Part shown: piece after piece, positions 12,862 to 40,720 of the stretch
Numbering within the stretch: the first letter of the stretch is position 1
How the letters are laid out: each line of letters opens with the position of its first letter
Source: Tubiluchus corallicola
Taxonomy: Eukaryota > Animalia > Priapulida
Direction of reading: 5' to 3'
DNA length: 64,000 nt
Assembly (NCBI GenBank): GCA_030141605.1
Contig: JAQGDQ010000114.1
Span: 1 to 64,000, forward strand
Position numbers and translations under genes: made by a program
Notes under the pieces: model-generated
Database searches by the model: none
The model's input: the letters and a program-made list of their open reading frames with translations, nothing else
What the model was told of the DNA's origin: nothing

Positions 12862-14196
12862 TAGGTTCCAATTTAAACCATGTTTGCAGATGACACTAAT
12901 CTATTTTTAACAGATACTAAGATAATTAATTTACAAACCTCAGTTAATAGTGAATTGCCATAAGATTAATCAGTGGATGAAAGCTAACAAACTGTCTATT
13001 AACTATAAAAAGACAAAATACATGTTGATTACGCCTGGCCGCAAAACAGACGCATATGAAAATTTCCAGATTTCAATGAATAATCAAATATTAACTAGGT
13101 CTAAAGAAATTAAATACCTCGGTATGTTCATTGATGATAACTTAACATGGTCTACACAAATAAAACACATAACCTACAAAATTAGCAAAATCAAGGGCAT
13201 AATTGCGAGGATAAAACACTACGTAAATACAGACGTACTAAAACTAATATACCATGCTTTGGTTTATTCTTATCTTCACTATGGGATTCTTGCCTGTGGC
13301 ACTGCATCTTCAAATACTTTAAAACCAATACAAACTCATCAAAACATTATAGTTAAGCTGATGACATTTTCTGGTAGACGCGAACATGCAACGCAATCCT
13401 ACATTAAACTGGGCCTCTTGAAACTGAATGATATCTACAAACTCGAGCTTGCAAAATTTGTATATAAATTTAAGAATAACTTACTACCATATTTGTTTCT
13501 AAATTACTATATGCCAGTATCTGATATTCACAGTTACAACACTAGGTTTTCTACTAGCAGTTCTTTCTTCATCGAATGATTTAATACATCTAAGGGTCAA
13601 CGGTCGTTAAAATATCAGGGATCAGTTTTTTTGGAACTCCTTACCTGCTCATATAACTTCTTTACCTCTGCATTCACTAAATAAACAGTACGCTAAGGCA
13701 CTTCTTGAAACTTACAAATAAATCAGTTTTTTGTCTATTAGATGTACATTCTTGTGGTAACTTTTGCTGGAAAACAATTTTTTATAAGGTGCAAACTCAC
13801 TTTCTATAATGTACAACAATGAACATGCTTCTTATATTACAGGCAAACACAGTCAGCAAAATGGACATAATGATTTGACTCAGAAACAATTGTGAGGTAT
13901 TTTCAATGAGTTGCTTAGTAGTTGATAAATTTGTCATGGTTTTTGGTTTTTGATTTTTGTTTTTTTTTGCTGTTGTATTTTTGTTTTTGTATTTCTGCAC
14001 GTTTATGTATTTTTTAATATAGTTGTGTCTGCTGTCATTAGCGTCCTTTTGTTTACTGTCCTTTGAGAAGGGTGGTTGACTCGATAACCTTTGGTTTTTC
14101 GCCACCCTTTCTCCCAATGTTCGTTTGTATTTTTGTGTATTTCATTGTCAAATCATTGTAAATTTATGGAGGAAAATAAATTTACTATTACTATTA
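12862..14196 (+). mobile_element. 5'-truncated non-LTR retrotransposon (CR1/L2-group LINE) with a frameshifted RT C-terminus and 3' UTR
   Basis: MFADDTNLF at 12880 (RT FADD motif) frameshifts into KINQWMKANKLSINYKKTKYM...IKYLGMFIDDNLTW...YHALVYSYLHYGI...HSYNTR. The element ends with AATAAA and a short TACTAT repeat tail at ~14175-14196. Confidence 0.9.
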
Positions 14197-14512
14197 GTTA
14201 GTGCTATTATTTTAATTTGCGATTTCTTCATTTATTTGGCCTGACCTTTTATGTAATATTTAATAAACTATAACCTGCCCTTAAATTTCGCCTAACTTGA
14301 TTGTGGGAACTTTTCGAGTGAAACATCATGCAATGCCTCAAGTAAGTTTTAGTAATGAAGTCGACGTGATAGTGGTATGACAACAATTTTGTCAAGATTG
14401 CTTTGTTTGCGAGGTCAATCGCTGTTCACGGAAATAACTGCGGTTTGTGACGACGTTTTGGGCTGTTAGTCCATCAAAAAGTCCTAATATCGTCCCAAAC
14501 GCGCAAGAAATT

Positions 14513-16978
14513 ATGGCCAGTCCTCGGTGGAAGAACGGACAACATCGTGGCAAACAGGAAAATACCAGAAACGTCTACGAAAGGTCACAAAGCTATGAAT
14601 ACGAAGGCACTACTCCGCAGTCACCAATTCATTTAAGTCAACCTGTCAGAGAAGTTGGTATTATAGAAAAGCTTCTGCATTCATACGGTTTTATTCAGTG
14701 CTGCCAAAGACAAGACAGGGTATTCTTTCATTATAGCCAATATCGAGGTGATATCAATCAAGTATGTATCGGCGATGCAGTAGAATTTATTATGGGAGCT
14801 GATAGAAAAACAAACAAGCCTATTGCCTGTGACGTAATCACTGTGCCGCCAGTAATAGCTTCACCACTTCCTATGTTGCATGCTGAAAGAGTTTTAGGGA
14901 CAGTAATTTCACAAGCAAGATTTGGTTGTGAAGGTTCTCAGTATGGTGATGCTGAAAGGTCCATGGATGGTGGCATACAGTATGAGCAAAGTGGAGAAAG
15001 TTTTTTCTTGCCATATAATACAGATGATTTAACAGATCCATCGCAAAACCTCCAAGTAGGAGATCAAGTAACTTTCTTGATTGCACCAAGTAATACTGAT
15101 GGAAGTTTGAGAGCGGTAGACGTCGAAGCTTTAAACCATGGTGGTGAAAAAATTCAAGGTGTTATTTGCACATTGAAAGACTCGTTTGGCTTTATTGAAA
15201 GAGCTGATGTTGTAAAGGAAGTCTTTTTTCATTTCACTGAATATCAAGGTGATCTTTCAGAAATGCATCTAGGTGAAGACGTTGAATTTTGCATTCAGGA
15301 TAGACATAACAAAGAAGTTGCTGTAAGCATTGTTCCTCTTCCAAGTGGAACTGTCATTTTTGAAGATGTTAGTGAAGAAAAGTTGAAAGGTTATGTTAAA
15401 AAAACAGTTATAAGAAATAGAAGACAACTTCAAAATAACGATACTGCTGCTGGCAGGATATCCTTCAAAGTAGAGAATGATGATTTAGAAATTCAGTTTA
15501 GTGAGAAAGATATAAGTAGAGATTATACCTTGTTAGAAGGCGATTTTGTTAGTTTTCATATAGCAACTGACAGGCGTGATGAGATGCAACATGCAACACT
15601 TATTGAATTACAAGAAGAAAGTTTCTTAAACTCAGATGAAACAAGAGAAACTGGAGTAATAGCTGTCGTTAAAGAAGGATTTGGATTTATTAAATGTGCA
15701 GAACGAGAAGCAAGAATGTTCTTCCACTTCAGTGAATTGCTAAATTTTAGCCGTGAACCAAAACCTCAAGATGAAGTTGAATTCACTGTAACAGAGGACT
15801 GCAATTCTAATAGACCTGTTGCCATTAGAATCAGGACCCTTCCAAAAGGAAGTGTAACATTTGAAAAATTGTTGGAACAAAAGTATGTGGGACATGTAGA
15901 AAAGGAAGCATTTTCTAAACGTAGTAGTAACAGAAGTCCTACTAAAAGTAAAGAAGGGACCAACAACACTGGAGAAATTGGTGCTATTGTCTGTAGTATA
16001 GACAACGAAACTCATACTGTACAATTTTTCATGAAAGATGTTGATGTACGAAATGTGCCAAAAATTGGTGATACTGTAGAGTTTCAGCTTTTAGAACAGA
16101 CAAGAAATGGTACAAAAACAGCTGTAAACATTCGTGTCCTAACACGAGCTAGTTCAGGACAACAACTTAGTGGATTTATTACTGGTCTGAAGGAGAATTT
16201 CGGCTTTATTGAGACTTTGGAACACGATCGGGAAATCTTTTTTCACTACAGTAATTTTGATGGTAATCCAAATGTGCTGCATTTAGGCGATGAAGTTAAA
16301 TATAACATGATGAAAAAGAATGGTAAACAGTGTGCTGAAAATGTGATAAAAATTCCCCTAGGAACTATACCTGTTGATGACTTAGAAGACAAAGTGTATG
16401 AAGGTACTGTTATAAGACAGCTTCGTGCAAACATTCCTGATGGAGAGTATGCTGGATTAGTGCAAGATAGTGAGCTGAGTGTATACCCGTATACTATTGT
16501 TAGTCTACTAAATAAGCAAGAATTACTTCAAAAAGGCGACTCGATAACATTTCAACTGACAAAAAGTAATGACCGCAAACAGCAATTTGCAGCAAACATT
16601 GTTGTCAAACGACAGTTGGTTCAGTCACGTGTAGAAGCCATTAAAGGACAGTTTGGTTTCATGTCATATGAAGCAGAAGAAGGGAAGAAGCTGTTTTTTC
16701 ACATGAGTGAAGTTATGGGTAGTGTTGAGCTGCAGGTTGGCGACGTCGTTCAGTTTTTTGTCATACATAACCAACAAACTGGAAAGAAATCTGCTTGTAA
16801 CGTCAACAAAATCAGTAGTCAAACTGATGTACCACGACCGGAGCGTCTACTGAGTCGGCTAAAAAGCATCTCGCTTGATGAAAGCCAGCCTAGAATTGTT
16901 GTTTTACGGCAGCCAAAGCCACCAGATGGCGCAAATGGATTTAAGTTTATTCGCTCAGTTAAAATACCTGTAAAATAA
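14513..16978 (+). CDS. CSDE1: Cold shock domain-containing protein E1 (UNR), intronless CDS of ~821 aa
   Basis: Five canonical cold-shock domains with RNP motifs (YGFIQC..VFFHYS, FGFIER..VFFHFT, FGFIKC..MFFHFS, FGFIET..IFFHYS, FGFMSY..LFFHMS) and a C-terminal SUZ-C-like RQPKPPDGANGF. The first ATG is at 14513; the ORF track start is a GTG. Confidence 0.96.
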   Translation: MASPRWKNGQHRGKQENTRNVYERSQSYEYEGTTPQSPIHLSQPVREVGIIEKLLHSYGFIQCCQRQDRVFFHYSQYRGDINQVCIGDAVEFIMGADRKTNKPIACDVITVPPVIASPLPMLHAERVLGTVISQARFGCEGSQYGDAERSMDGGIQYEQSGESFFLPYNTDDLTDPSQNLQVGDQVTFLIAPSNTDGSLRAVDVEALNHGGEKIQGVICTLKDSFGFIERADVVKEVFFHFTEYQGDLSEMHLGEDVEFCIQDRHNKEVAVSIVPLPSGTVIFEDVSEEKLKGYVKKTVIRNRRQLQNNDTAAGRISFKVENDDLEIQFSEKDISRDYTLLEGDFVSFHIATDRRDEMQHATLIELQEESFLNSDETRETGVIAVVKEGFGFIKCAEREARMFFHFSELLNFSREPKPQDEVEFTVTEDCNSNRPVAIRIRTLPKGSVTFEKLLEQKYVGHVEKEAFSKRSSNRSPTKSKEGTNNTGEIGAIVCSIDNETHTVQFFMKDVDVRNVPKIGDTVEFQLLEQTRNGTKTAVNIRVLTRASSGQQLSGFITGLKENFGFIETLEHDREIFFHYSNFDGNPNVLHLGDEVKYNMMKKNGKQCAENVIKIPLGTIPVDDLEDKVYEGTVIRQLRANIPDGEYAGLVQDSELSVYPYTIVSLLNKQELLQKGDSITFQLTKSNDRKQQFAANIVVKRQLVQSRVEAIKGQFGFMSYEAEEGKKLFFHMSEVMGSVELQVGDVVQFFVIHNQQTGKKSACNVNKISSQTDVPRPERLLSRLKSISLDESQPRIVVLRQPKPPDGANGFKFIRSVKIPVK

Positions 16979-17645
16979 AATTAATGTAAAGATAACAATA
17001 ATGATGAGTTGGATATTTAACTAATATCTTTGTGTTGGTTAAATGATTTTTGACCGATTTTAAGATTTAGGCCTTTTTTAGGGTGTGGTCAGGCATTAAT
17101 TATATTTGTGAAATGACCATTTACATCAGGCAAAAACATATAAAAAGTTCTGAATTGATACTAACTAATCACTGTATTTTTTCTAATTTAAATGGTTAGA
17201 TGTTGAATGACAGCAGATGTTGCACGACGGTAGCTTTAACATTTTATCGATGAGAGTTTTTGTATTCAATTAATATTAACTTGTTTACAGACTAAAATGT
17301 ATTAAATGAACCCGAACCTGTCTCCAGTTGTGCTTTATGTTTGTTTGCAGTAATTTTATAATTTCAAATATGTTGGCATTTGTGAAAAAAAGTGACCATC
17401 TGAGTTTGATTGTATATTTTATACTGCAAACTGAGAAAGTTGCAGGAAATGTTTACATTGCCGCTGCTTCATTAATACTAAAATCTAATTGTTAACATGA
17501 GCTCTTATCAGGCAAATGTAGGAAAATTTTTGTTATTCGTAGTTTTGTGTGATATACCTGCTATTTCGTATAAGATTGCACAAATAATTTGTCTTATTAC
17601 AGATAGCGTAACATTTTGAGACTGAAACTAGCCACCGCATTTGTT

Positions 17646-18410
17646 ATGTCTCGATTTGCGAAGAAATGGCATAAATATCGGTACCGATTTGTTCCTTGGA
17701 TTGTAATGAACATGAGAGGTGGGCATATACGCGTCATTCCACCGGGAAGTTCCGATAAATTAATCCCAGACAATGAAGTAAAAAAATTTCTTTTGAATCT
17801 ATTCGAGAAATACTTGTCAGACAATGCTCTTCATAAAACTGAGGTACTGTATAAATATTCGGGATTTGAAATTGGACGTGTTACTAGTAAAATACCTGGT
17901 GCTGGTCGTGGAGTTGCAGTGACACGTGGTACTATACCTGCCGGCGCTGTAGCTGCTCTCTATCCTGGAACAATTTATCTTCCTTACGAGCCAATTCTCA
18001 TTCAGAGCATTGGCAACAGCTTCATCTTCCGATGTGCTGACCACATACATGTGGATGGGAAGGACACTGGCTTGTCACGACTTCTGTACCGATCATGTTA
18101 TAATAGAGAACGGTTCGGCAAATATCAGATGTGTGATAATACTTGGTTAACTGAACGTCCGGTTAATCCATTGGTTATCGGACAGTATGTTAATAACCAC
18201 AATGAGTCATTTCTTGCAAATGTTGCATATCAAGAAGTTGACATAGAAGATGATATTCCAATAAGACTACGACAATATATACCGAACGTGTACTACAGCA
18301 GAAATGAAAGTGATAGTCCAAGACCATTGCGCATAATAGCTTTAATTGCTACTAGAACTATTCTTGAAGGAGAAGAGCTGTTCTCTAGCTACTTCACAGT
18401 TATACATTAA
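17646..18410 (+). CDS. SETD9: SET domain-containing protein 9, intronless CDS of 254 aa
   Basis: The N-terminus KWHKYRYRFVPWIVMN matches the SETD9 signature, with SET motifs GAGRGV, ALYPGTIY, GQYVNN and GEELFSSY. There is an in-frame stop at 17604 and a splice acceptor TCTTATTACAG ending at 17602 upstream. Confidence 0.92.
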   Translation: MSRFAKKWHKYRYRFVPWIVMNMRGGHIRVIPPGSSDKLIPDNEVKKFLLNLFEKYLSDNALHKTEVLYKYSGFEIGRVTSKIPGAGRGVAVTRGTIPAGAVAALYPGTIYLPYEPILIQSIGNSFIFRCADHIHVDGKDTGLSRLLYRSCYNRERFGKYQMCDNTWLTERPVNPLVIGQYVNNHNESFLANVAYQEVDIEDDIPIRLRQYIPNVYYSRNESDSPRPLRIIALIATRTILEGEELFSSYFTVIH

Positions 18411-20954
18411 AGATTATTGTTATTTATTACTTTAAGTGCTTATAAAACGTGTGTTTCTGTGGCAAAATACACAAAAATGCATTTAAATTTTAATTAACAG
18501 GCAGTAGCTTTTGTAATTTTCAATATTTTTCTACCTACATGTTGAACTCTAGCATCAACAATCTTTTCAATGATTTAATTTACAAAGTGTTATTGTGACT
18601 TGCAAGTTGCTTGTATCAAAATTCGATTTGTATATAAAAAACTGTAGCCTTCATCATTACCAAGTTTCACAATCACTGTACATATGTCAAAACCCAAGTT
18701 TCCCACTCAACTCAAAATCAAGGTGATGTGCCATTCTGTTGTTTTTATTAAAATTTCTTTTGGGGTTTTACAAAATAGTAGTTGCCTTTGTTTGATTTTC
18801 AAACAAAGTTGACCTTTGTCAAGATACACTATAACTGCAAATGATGAAAACAAAAATACAAAGTTTTAAGATTTATTTCTTATGAATAATAACCAAATAG
18901 AATTTAGAATGTGATCCTATTACAAAGACATACTAAACTTCAGTCAGTTTACATCGGCAGTAATAACAATGCCACCAATATAATTTTTTGAATAGACATG
19001 TTAAAATGACAGAAAGTAAAATTTGATAATTTTCATGATCTACAAAGTTTTGGACTGTCGTTCTTCTCCTGTCCTTGTGTACAAAGTCAACTTTTTGATA
19101 ACAGCAGCTTCAGAGTTCAGAAAAAGGCTAGGTAATGCAATAAAGTGAATAAGAATTATAAGTCAGGCTTGTTCTTGGTGTTTCTTCAGGTTCAGTTACT
19201 TGAAGCTTGATAACCATTTCTGTCCATATTGACTGCAAACTCTCTGTGTTAGTTCCGATCTTGTTTAAACTTTTGATGTTTTAACAAGTAACTCTTCGTT
19301 TAGTTGCCTTACAATTATCGTCTCAATTAATAATACACTACAGACATTATTAATTTCTGATTTACAAAGGATTAACTAAGTTGTGATGGGTAATTAACTT
19401 AATATGAAACATTCCATATAGGCTACTGACATGATTTTTAAAAGTAGATACAAAACACTGAATAAGTTACCTATTTCAAACGCAGGCAGGATTCCATAGC
19501 AGAACAATCTTTATAGCTGAAGATATGCGCTTAGCCAGAACCTAGTGTGTTTTTGATAACACCCTAAGACTACACATTCTATTTCTGTAACTTTCAATAT
19601 GTCAAAATGGCCAAATGAACAAAATGGTTTCTTAAGAACACAAAACAAGCAAAAATAGAAAAAGTGAAGTTGTACAAAATCATGATCAATCGTAGCTTGC
19701 AAGAAATATACAGATACTAGTATTTGTAATGGTCCCTGAGAGCTCTATCGAGTCATAACCTGCAGCAGAAAGTGTTTGTACTATGCAACTGCCTGCAGTT
19801 ACTAAATAATGGATGAATATTTTAGTGTCACAACTGCATTTTAAATATTTAAATGCAACTTGCACAAACAATAGTAACATAGGTTTTACTGATTTCTGGA
19901 TATTACTGTTACACAAGTTTTTGCGAGCAACTTGTTTTTGCAAATTTCGTGAGCAGGAATAAAAAAACATAAAAATTAAATAACAGAATTTTAAGTTGAC
20001 AAAACTTTTTAAAATCAGAGAATCGCACCAATGATGTATAAAAGAGCGATAATTTATAATCTATTGGTAGGGATGCTGAATATGGTAGAATGGCTTAGTA
20101 CATTTTTGGTTTTCTGTCAACGTTCTGTGATCAATCAGTGCTGTATAGCTGTAAAACTTGCAGGCCTGCTTTATCATTACATCAGTATGTCATTTGCGAT
20201 TTATCTCTTTTGGGGCTACAAGCCCAAAGGCCATATTAATGGGTGAAGGCAGTGGTGATGCACCTGAAATGTGTGAATCATAGACTTGCGTCATGAAAAT
20301 GCACAAATGACTATTTTGTGGCAGCTAGTCTTCTAGTAAAATACTAAAAACTTTGGTTGGAAAAATGTTAAAAGTAAAATTCTACCAATTATTTACTTTG
20401 CGTTACAGAAAGGATTGTACATGACAAGTTCAACATTAACTGACAGTTATAAAACTTGTTTAGAAGTTATCTGTTTTCTTAACAATGACGAGATTCAAAA
20501 ATTGAAAAAACAGATAACAAAATAGTTTCCATGCCAACATTGCGAACTTAAATGTTTTTCAGTACTTCTTCAGTTCAACATGGAACTTTTTCAGTTCCAT
20601 GTTGATCACAGGAACAAAATTAAAACTTGGAAATTTCTTTTAGTATGTAACTGTGAAACAATGACTAGTTAGAAATAATACAACAAAAATAACCACTTGA
20701 GTCTAAGCTGATTCTTTAATGAGGTGTGAAATTAGTTGGCAACTAAATGTAAATGAGAACTTTTCTGTTACCAAAAATTCCAAACTAAGAGAGCAAGGAT
20801 AGTTGTATAGCACACACCGTCATCACTCAGCTATATCTACTTCTCTTATCTACAGTTTTTGCTTTTGACATAAACCTCTACACACATTATTTTCACAGAA
20901 TGTACAGAGTGAAAGTTTTGTATAAAATCACAAAGAAAACTACGTCTTAGCAGC

Positions 20955-37323
<16,369 letters not shown>

Positions 37324-39794
37324 CGTGCTTAATTTAATTTTGTTCCTTGATGTAGTACTGTTTAACGGCTGAAAATTGAAATACAGTTAATAACTAATTA
37401 TAATTTTAGATCTTGATGTCTTAATAAATAGATATTTTATTTGTGAGGCGGCTAACTGAAAATAAGTTGTAGTTAGACTTACTTTATCAGAGTTTAGTTC
37501 ATGGATAACTGAATCGTCTTTAAACAATCAGTTAACTATAGCAAGACGGTTTTGAGTTATTACTACACATTATTATTAGTGGCCTATCATACTGCACATT
37601 GAAACAATGATGTGTTTGAAGTTGACTATCAAGGGCTCTAGACTGTACAGCTGCTAAGCAACAGGAGTAGACATGTAGCACTAATAACTATTAACCTAAA
37701 TAGCTTGTGTAAAAATTAGCCAGGCATCCTTTTTAGGTTTACATGATACTTCTTTGGCAAACTCATTAATAACTTCAGCTATGCATGAATTCTGTTTCTA
37801 TGACATTGTAATTTCACTAAACAAATATTTTTTTACAACTGCAGCCACTAGTTCACAACAAGTTACTGCTTAACTGAATTGGTCTAATACTGTTATCAGA
37901 AATAGCAGGCTTCTCTGCCATTATTCAAGTTTAAATAGTAAATCATATAGAAGAATCTTAGGCATTATTAACATCAGCCAGTGACACAGCCAAGTGATTC
38001 AGATGCAGTTACTAAATTAGCAGTATGACAAGCAGCACAACATAATCCTTGTTTTTATTGTACATTCAAATTAATAAATGTAAATATGTACATTCTTGTA
38101 ATCCACTTAAAAAAGACCAGCAATGTAGTTGAAAGAAAGAAGGCATCTATAACAAGCCATTCCTATGTATGTACAATAGACATTGATCGGTTAGAGTTGT
38201 ACATATGCAATTAATTCGGTTAACAAACGTGTAGTGTACTTCGAATTACAAATTTTTGTAAGTGGTTGTAAAAACAAGTTATTACAGTTGACCTTATAAA
38301 GTAGGTACTATAAATGTAGTAATCAGTTTGGTCTGTGTGTCTGTCCACATGGTGTGCCTTTCTGTCTATATATTGCCACCTTTTCTTGGTTCTGGAATAA
38401 TCTGGAAAGTTGCATCTCGGTAGAGAAGTAGGAATCTCTCTCCAAACTCTGAGTCTATTGGTTTTTGGGTCAATCGGTGCAGATCTGAATTTTTCACAGT
38501 TTTTTAAAGATCTGCACATAACAGCTGTTGTGTTACTGAGGTGCAGGCGATTGATAGTCTGCTGCTTGGCCGTTATCAGACAACAACAATCAGTGACACA
38601 CATTTTAAGTTAATTCCAACTTGAAATAACCGTTGAATTCAGTCTATATCTAGACTGTTGCATTTTTTCATAGTATAATTTCCGTGATTAAGTATAATTT
38701 TAAGTGAAAATTACAAAACGTCAATATAGAAAATGCATCTTTTGCTGTAGTCTCCATGTATGTTGATCTCATCATAGTAACTGTATCCCTCTACTGGAGA
38801 CTCTGCAGTTTTATAAGCAAATAACATTATATTAACAGCTTTTTTAAGCAGCATGGCATGTTTGAAATTATCTTGACAAATTTGAAGTTAAAGTTCTTAC
38901 ATACACTTAAAAGTACACGAAGTAGCTGCAAAAAGTTTGTCCAAAAACAACAATTCATGAAATATAAAACTTTTAAAGAATCCAAATGATAGCATTAGTT
39001 TTATCATTTGCTTATAAATGACTGGAGTATCAATGTGCTTGACCAATTTTGCAATAATCAAAAGAAACTTTTGATGATTTTTTTCATATGAACATAATAG
39101 GAAATGACTAACGTTGACATGCTTTGTTCAGCTAATGAAATGCATTGTATAATCTACATTATTGTACTATACTCCAGCTAATTTTTGATGCTGAACCTAG
39201 GCAACTCAACTTGAAATCGGTTTGCTGCGAAATTCATGAAGGGTTGAAAGTGCCTAACACTATAATCATAGCTCTTTTTGTTATTCGTACTTTTTTCTCA
39301 GCTTGAATCAAAATATTGCATTATTTATATCTGTTAAATGATACTGTTTTTTCCTGTCTACAGGAAAAATCGCAAAAGTATGTTAAATATGTTTAGTACG
39401 CTTCGCATACTTTGATAAACTTTCTTGTGTTTTATGCTTAGGAAACTTCTCTTACAGAATAGAACTTAATATGGACTCTATTATTTACAAAAATTTCATG
39501 GTCAATAAACAATATATATAATTGGTTTCAGCATGATATCATATTACCATATAATTTACTTTATTTGCTTTTTGCGTACATCAAGCAAAATGTCATGCAA
39601 TGTCGGTTACTGAGTTTTCGTTAAAAACGGATTTATAAAAAACCTTGTAGGCAAATGGTAAGTAATAGTGGCCTATACAAAATTTATAACAAACTGGGAT
39701 AGTGGAGGATTGTGCAACTTTCATTTGATTTTCCTAGGATTTAGTTATACAAGAGTACAGATTTGTTCATACCTGTTTAACTCCAAAAAAATGT

Positions 39795-39971
39795 TCATAT
39801 AAGTCTGGTTTCTTCACTAATTTGATCTAAAGTCTTTTCCAGTTTTCGGTGGAGACGATCACGTTTATTCTTCAGATATCGTAATCTCCATGTTTTCAGC
39901 TGATATCCAAAAAGTACGCCAATGATAAAAGAAATACTAATAGTTGCTATTGTAGCATTCCTTGGTGTCAT
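39795..39971 (-). CDS. MTLN: Mitoregulin-like mitochondrial micropeptide, 58 aa
   Basis: MTPRNATIATISISFIIGVLFGYQLKTWRLRYLKNKRDRLHRKLEKTLDQISEETRLI has a single TM helix ending in GVLFGYQ, then a basic RYL..KR.RL..KL..T helix. This matches human MTLN as I recall it (FASGVLLGWQANRLRRRYLDWRKRRLQDKLAAT). The exon 39986-39773 is bounded by AG and GTATGA. Confidence 0.88.
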   Translation of the reverse strand: MTPRNATIATISISFIIGVLFGYQLKTWRLRYLKNKRDRLHRKLEKTLDQISEETRLI

Positions 39972-40599
39972 GTCAGTACAGATAGCCTATCAATAAAAAT
40001 ATAAATATCCAGTAATTTGTATCACGCTAACTTTGCAATAGGGTAGTTTTTGTTACTAGGGTTTAATTTTATTCCAACATTCCATTTTGTGAAGATTGCT
40101 ATTGATACCGAAATTAAAAAATCCTTAGTGCATTTAGGCAAGTTTATCTAACCTGCCACAGGGAGGTTAGATCAACAAGTTTTTGTTCCAACGTTTATCC
40201 ATAGCTCGTAACACAATAAGTGTCATAGGAACTATACTTTCTTCTGAAAAACTTGCAGTCGTGAATCTTTTTTCTTTTTTGGATGGCAGAAGTGCTTCCT
40301 CAATTTTATGGGTCAGTTAAAGAAATATGGATTTGTGGTGGAATGTACGTTGTTCTGATATCAACTGGTTAATAAGCAAAATACGTTTCGTGTATTATCT
40401 ATAATCTAGATTATAATATAATTAAGCTGTTACTACTACTAGTGTTAGGTAACTAATACAAGTTATCTTTGCTTGGTTGTTATATACTAGGATCTTTTAG
40501 AACATGGTAGTTTTTGTAGATAATTTCTTTTCAGTAACACCTGCACTTAGGAACGTGATAAATATGGTTGTAATCAAAAAACCCAGTTGCAGTATACAC

Positions 40600-40720
40600 T
40601 ATTCAGCATACCCGCAAACCACGCGTACAGTCAAAACACAGAAGTGTGCTGTGTGCACGTTAGGGTTATCCATGCGCAAAATACCCTAACTTTTGCTTGG
40701 CGCCTGCAAATAGAGTCATA
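40600..40720. promoter_or_regulatory. Candidate promoter and non-coding first exon for the MTLN-COQ8 unit
   Basis: Locally CpG-enriched, with a minus-strand donor GCGG|GTATGC at 40611. Inverted GTTAGGGT/ACCCTAAC boxes flank an NRF1-like CATGCGCA at 40659-40690. Confidence 0.35.

Noticed and set aside
38220-38613. 127-aa minus ORF between MTLN and COQ8 as a third cistron
   Set aside because: It has no recognisable domain, and its DRHTDQTDYYI end is typical of a repeat-element tail. I found no convincing splice sites.
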